Of a DNA stretch of 54,169 bases, positions 51,640-54,169 are shown piece by piece. Source of the stretch: Paraspadella gotoi (taxonomy: Eukaryota; Animalia; Chaetognatha); assembly GCA_051294375.1 (NCBI GenBank), contig CM119271.1, positions 8,655,409 to 8,709,577 of the forward strand, written 5' to 3'. The notes below the pieces were generated by a model. It saw only the letters and a list, made by a program, of their open reading frames with translations, did not search any database and had not been told where the DNA came from. The translations under genes were made by a program, and so were the position numbers. Each line of letters begins with the position of its first letter. Positions within the stretch are counted from its first letter, which is position 1.

Positions 51640-51886
51640 TGGAGAAATCGTAAATAGCATACTCACGTCGACAAAGATGGCGACTACGACGGCCTTTAAG
51701 TCGTTAAGAGAATTGAATATGACGGAGGCGGGGACGGACGACGACGATGACGACGATGATAACGACGACGATTACGACGACGACGACGACGGTGACGAAA
51801 ACGATAACCTCAATGGCGATGACGACGACGACAAAATTTTAAAAGGCCTGTACTGGGACCGATGTGAATACGGCAACGACGACTGA
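51533..51886 (+). CDS. Candidate Asp-rich ORF or exon
   Basis: 117-aa ORF with D tracts separated by non-repetitive segments (EIVNSILTSTKMATTTAFKSLRELN; KILKGLYWDRCEYGNDD); may be microsatellite-driven. Confidence 0.25.
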
Positions 51887-52423
51887 CTTATTAAAAGAAA
51901 ACCGATGACGAAGACGACACACAATATGTTATTATCTTGTAAGTGTGACGGGGGCCTTAAACTACCACAGCCTGTCCAAAGTCAGGAGCAAGAAAGCTTA
52001 TTTATTAAATGAATGGATAATTTTTTATATTGGTTGTACCAATTTTATATCAATTCATTGATAAGAAAGCGAGAATCTTAATCTTGCCAGGTTCTGCTAT
52101 GTTGTAGGAGCGATGAAGTCCTTGTCTTGCCATAGCCGGTCCAAAGTCAGGAAAGACAAGAAAGGCTCTTAATCGAATGGATAAAAAATTTAATTCACCA
52201 TCCAAAAATAACTAAAAGGACGAATGCATTCGAGGATTAGTGGAAAACAGTTTTGAACAGCTGAGTAGGCGACGACAAAAAGGATTTTAAAATCGAGAAA
52301 ATCGTCGGGAAATTTGTGATTTCACTTTCAGCGGAAATTTGGCGCAGAAACGAGAAATCAATGGAGCTTAAAAAAATCAGAGGAAAGAGTTACGACCGAG
52401 TCTTTGTGTTGAGAGAGAGATGA

Positions 52424-52459
<36 letters not shown>

Positions 52460-52477
52460 AGAGAAGAGAGAGAGAAC

Positions 52478-52676
52478 ACGCCCGCGTGAGCAGAGCCCCG
52501 CGGTCCGCCGCCGGTCGCGCCCGCGACCGGCTCCGAGGCCCTACCCGCTGCCCGCCCGCCGCGCCGCCGCCGGCGCCGCCGCCGCCGCTGCCGCGCCGCC
52601 GCCGCCGCGCGCGCCCCCGCCGCCCCCGCCGCCGCCGCCGCCGCCCGGGTCATAACTCTTCGTCGCTATAAATCCT
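52478..52676 (+). promoter_or_regulatory. Very GC-rich (GCC)n island followed by TATAAA
   Basis: Almost pure G/C from 52495 to 52650; gctataaatcc at ~52665-52675; indels suggest noisy sequence. Confidence 0.3.
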
Positions 52677-54169
52677 TTTCGAACTATGCAAACGGGAATA
52701 TGAGAGAAGAGGAGAGAAAGAGAAGACCAGGGATACACGCCCCTTTTCCTTTTCCTTTCTCTCTGTCCTCTTTCTATCTTCTTCTTTTCTATTTTCTATC
52801 CTTTANNNNNNNNNNNNNNNNNNNNNNNNNNNNNNNNNNNNNNNNNNNNNNNNNNNNNNNNNNNNNNNNNNNNNNNNNNNNNNNNNNNNNNNNNNNNNNN
52901 NNNNNNNNNNNNNNNNNNNNNNNNNNNNNNNNNNNNNNNNNNNNNNNNNNNNNNNNNNNNNNNNNNNNNNNNNNNNNNNNNNNNNNNNNNNNNNNNNNNN
53001 NNNNNNNNNNNNNNNNNNNNNNNNNNNNNNNNNNNNNNNNNNNNNNNNNNNNNNNNNNNNNNNNNNNNNNNNNNNNNNNNNNNNNNNNNNNNNNNNNNNN
53101 NNNNNNNNNNNNNNNNNNNNNNNNNNNNNNNNNNNNNNNNNNNNNNNNNNNNNNNNNNNNNNNNNNNNNNNNNNNNNNNNNNNNNNNNNNNNNNNNNNNN
53201 NNNNNNNNNNNNNNNNNNNNNNNNNNNNNNNNNNNNNNNNNNNNNNNNNNNNNNNNNNNNNNNNNNNNNNNNNNNNNNNNNNNNNNNNNNNNNNNNNNNN
53301 NNNNNNNNNNNNNNNNNNNNNNNNNNNNNNNNNNNNNNNNNNNNNNNNNNNNNNNNNNNNNNNNNNNNNNNNNNNNNNNNNNNNNNNNNNNNNNNNNNNN
53401 NNNNNNNNNNNNNNNNNNNNNNNNNNNNNNNNNNNNNNNNNNNNNNNNNNNNNNNNNNNNNNAGTGCTTGCATAGATGGGTTGATTGTTAGCTTGGAAAT
53501 TCTGCTCATCTAAATGAAAATATATTGTTGAGATCAACCAAGCTTAGTCCATCTGTAGTTGGAGACAACTGATTCATTAGGAAGCGATTTGTTCCGTTTG
53601 GCCGTTCGATAAAGTAGAAGCTAAAAAAAATATGGCATACATTAGAATAAAAAAATTAATTGTAGCCTAATTCTGACACACTCTCGAAATTTAATTAGTC
53701 ATTTCCATAAATTATTTAGTTTTAGTTAGTTTAGTTAGTTATTAATTTCCATAGGTGGCTCCTTCATTTGCCATCTTACCTTATTGTTCTCTATCTTAGA
53801 GAAAAACAAAGTTTTTAATTGTGGTACAACGAATNNNNNNNNNNNNNNNNNNNNNNNNNNNNNNNNNNNNNNNNNNNNNNNNNNNNNNNNNNNNNNNNNN
53901 NNNNNNNNNNNNNNNNNNNNNNNNNNNNNNNNNNNNNNNNNNNNNNNNNNNNNNNNNNNNNNNNNNNNNNNNNNNNNNNNNNNNNNNNNNNNNNNNNNNN
54001 NNNNNNNNNNNNNNNNNNNNNAAAAAAAAGTTACAACATCAACAGTCAACAACAGCAATCAACAACAGTAATCACCAACGACAACGGCAACCCGATCGGG
54101 AAGATGGCGCGCAACTAAAACGAACGTTGGCGCCAATGATCGACGCCACGAAATAAATAAACTTATGGC

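Noticed and set aside
52700-54156. Long ORFs containing X runs (also near 2.4-4.0, 10.5-11.1 and 15.0-15.6 kb)
   Set aside because: Open only because they cross N-gaps.

Overview
Eukaryotic (probably invertebrate animal) draft-assembly sequence: AT-rich, not CpG-depleted, full of (GA)n/(GAC)n/(GCC)n microsatellites, with 12 N-gaps. No bacterial-type operons, CRISPR arrays or recognisable enzyme genes. Best-supported content: (1) a phase-consistent 3-exon orphan gene at 8233-10413 for a 411-aa single-pass membrane protein, whose first intron carries an antisense D-loop-deleted tRNA-Lys(CTT) copy and a hairpin-rich element; (2) a minimal Penelope-type hammerhead ribozyme motif at 11936-11976; (3) non-autonomous transposons with definable ends: a hAT MITE with 8-bp TSD, a 110-bp TTAA-flanked MITE, a 2.9-kb Helentron-associated (HINE/DINE-1-like) element and a truncated LINE, the last two with their empty sites visible elsewhere in the window; (4) motif clusters (E2F-site minisatellite, X-box, CCAAT triplets). 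From ~23.8 kb to ~51.1 kb an ~8-kb unit occurs twice with copy-specific insertions, plus a ~6-kb-armed inverted repeat centred on a 25-N gap. These are most simply explained as long-read gap-filling/haplotype artefacts. I found no convincing evidence of a new multi-gene system; the ribozyme, the orphan gene with its intronic RNAs and the HINE-borne satellite are the leads most worth checking. All comparisons were done by eye.
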